Part shown: piece after piece, positions 61,651 to 64,000 of the stretch
Layout of the letters: each line of letters begins with the position of its first letter
Numbering within the stretch: the stretch's first letter is position 1
Assembly: GCF_006345805.1 (NCBI RefSeq)
Contig: NC_043010.1
Span: 42,718,001 to 42,782,000 of the forward strand
DNA length: 64,000 nt
Direction of reading: 5' to 3'
Origin: Octopus sinensis
Lineage: Eukaryota
Program-made: the position numbers and the translations under genes
Notes under the pieces: generated by a model
What the model was told of the DNA's origin: nothing
Seen by the model: only the letters and a program-made list of their open reading frames with translations
The model's database searches: none

Positions 61651-64000
61651 TCCTTCTCTCTAATTCTGTAAGAAAGGACAAATCTATTCCTTATATTAAA
61701 AAAATAAATCAGTTTCCTTTCTCCAAGCAATTACTTTTTCTATTTAAAAATCGAGCTTACACTCATATCTTCCAAACTATGAATTATATCTACAAAAATA
61801 AACGACCAAAAAAAAAAAAACCCGTTTTCCTTCTGTGCATATATACGTGATTATGTTTTATGCACGGTAAACTGAATAAACACTTGAGAAGTAACAATCA
61901 AGTTTTTTTGCAATGCATCAGTCAATCCAATAATGCTTGTGGTAATACAGCTGTATTGTGATCCAACTTATAGACGTTAGGTACCAATTATTACGCTGCA
62001 GGAAAAAAATGTAGAAAGTACAAACAAAAGTGTACTCGATACACTGGAGTAGCTAACACTACGATCGGTCATTTACAGTCTGCCCATATGGCTCACATTA
62101 GGTGAAACAATTATACTAATTACAAGTTGGAGCTAGAACGAAGTATGGAACGGAAAATAAGAAGTAAATGGAAAAGGTCTGCTACAGATGAGGAACAACG
62201 AAGTGAATTTGATCCGTTGTATGTGAGATATGAGAAAGATTGGCACAAGTGAATCGAGGAAGTAACTGATCGGCTGTGGATGATGTATGAAGGAGAAACA
62301 TCTGTATTAGTACGGACTTGTAATGTGACTGCTTGACGCATATTTGCTGAAAATATGCTGTAATTTGACAGTGCAACTACACACGTACCAAGTGAGAGTT
62401 TTCGAATCAGTTACATTGGGAACTGACATGAAACAATATCAACATGCTTGCAGAGATGTATTGCAGATACACGAAGCATATGCTGAAATTGATGACGAGG
62501 AGAAACTGGACAATTCTGAGTAATCTGGTGTAATATAAGAATTATGTTACGCATTTGTTAAAAGTTCTCTGCTAATTGTGTTGTCATAATTTTAATTGCA
62601 TCATTGAACAATATATTTCGTTGGTACAATGGGCAATAAATATAAATGACTTCTTGCTTAAGCAATTGTTTCATGATATTTTTGAGGAATGTTTTTTTCC
62701 ATGGCCACTAGTTTTTGTCTTATACATAGATCAGGGTCATTGTTATAAACAGGTAATGCTATGCCTTTATTAGTTCAATAGTTATGCCAATTTGCGATTT
62801 TGCATATAAAATGCTGGAGCACGATTGTCTAACGAATTCCTCATTCACTTCATTTTAGTGGGAAAGCAGAACAAGTGATCCCAACCCTACAACAGATTAA
62901 CGTACAAAGCTCAACTGGGGTTTTCTGTGATTTATGCCACCGTCATTCGTTCAGTAAAAACCATGCCATAATGTGTACCATCATGCAAAAACCAATACAA
63001 TATTTGGTACGCTCCAATATCTAAAAGGAAAATATCTATAGTTATTTATATAGTTTAATTTTTCCAGGAAAACTATAGTTTTTCCAGTAATCCTTGAGTA
63101 GACACAAAAAAGTAACTATGTTCTCGATCTGTAAATTAGGTCTTGGACAGTTTTTCTCTAGATCTACACACTTTTTGAGAAATTCCAGTTGTGATGAACA
63201 AGTGTATGTAGGACACATGACAAAGCAGTATCTATTCGGAAACCTTTTCACAGTTATTCTGCAACCATAGAGACAATGCGAAGGGTGTGGAAAGAACAGT
63301 TCAAAAAGACCTTGGAAGCAACTTTGGTAACCACCAACCGCAACAGGTGAGACTTACTGATTTAATTCAAGTGACACCAGCTTTTTCACTAAACGTCTAA
63401 CATATACGAAGATAATAAAACAACAAATGATGAATCTATATAACACAAAACTATGCCAGCGCCGTCTGTACAACGACAGAATCTCCGTAACACATATTGA
63501 CACCTGTCTCCAAAGAATGAAACCGAGCCAGACACGCTCCTCGTCCTCATATTCTAACTAACCAAAGGGTTTAACCTTCCACTTCTGATCGAAATATAAC
63601 TCCGCACTTTTCATTCAACAGAAATCAAATCACTAAATCTAAGCTAGAAACGATACTGCAAATATTATTTTTGTTCATAGTGCTGCATCTATTCATACAT
63701 TACCGTTCTTTGTTCTACAAAAATCTGCCCGAGTTATTAGTGTACCTGCTCTAATAATATTGCGCTTATATCCTACCATACACTATTGCAGTATACTCAT
63801 GCGTTGTTTATATACCACTGCTGTATAGCAGTGTAATTCTATAATCGCACAGCTGAAGACTGATACCTTTTGTTGTCATTTGTTTTACATTGCAAACATT
63901 TAAAGTAATACTGTAGAACAATTTGAGACGAAGCATACTTACCACGGACACTTGTGAATCACATTAGTTTGCTGTCTGTAGATATAATCTGTGTATTTCA

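Overview
AT-rich, repeat-saturated eukaryotic DNA, most consistent with a coleoid cephalopod (Octopus-like). That is an inference from the repeat families, microsatellite load and C2H2 genes; no database search was run. The two convincing host genes are convergent C2H2 zinc-finger genes, each coded essentially by one long exon: 26730-28364 (+, 544 aa, 9 fingers) and 50756-52330 (-, 524 aa, 13 fingers). Each has a candidate CpG-enriched non-coding first exon 9-12 kb upstream. The rest is decayed RTE, CR1-group and Penelope-like retroelements, tRNA-derived SINEs, mariner, DD37D and pogo remnants, hAT-, piggyBac- and Helitron-type non-autonomous elements, and microsatellites. The most unusual observations are: (i) several fold-back structures, above all a zero-spacer palindrome of ~500-bp arms at 11863-13561 flanked by a 25-bp direct repeat and split by a LINE; (ii) a ZNF with nine near-identical recognition helices encoded by synonymously diverged codons; (iii) a hammerhead-like motif in a Penelope-type tail; (iv) a near-perfect 739-bp tandem duplication. 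Repeat boundaries were set by eye and are approximate.
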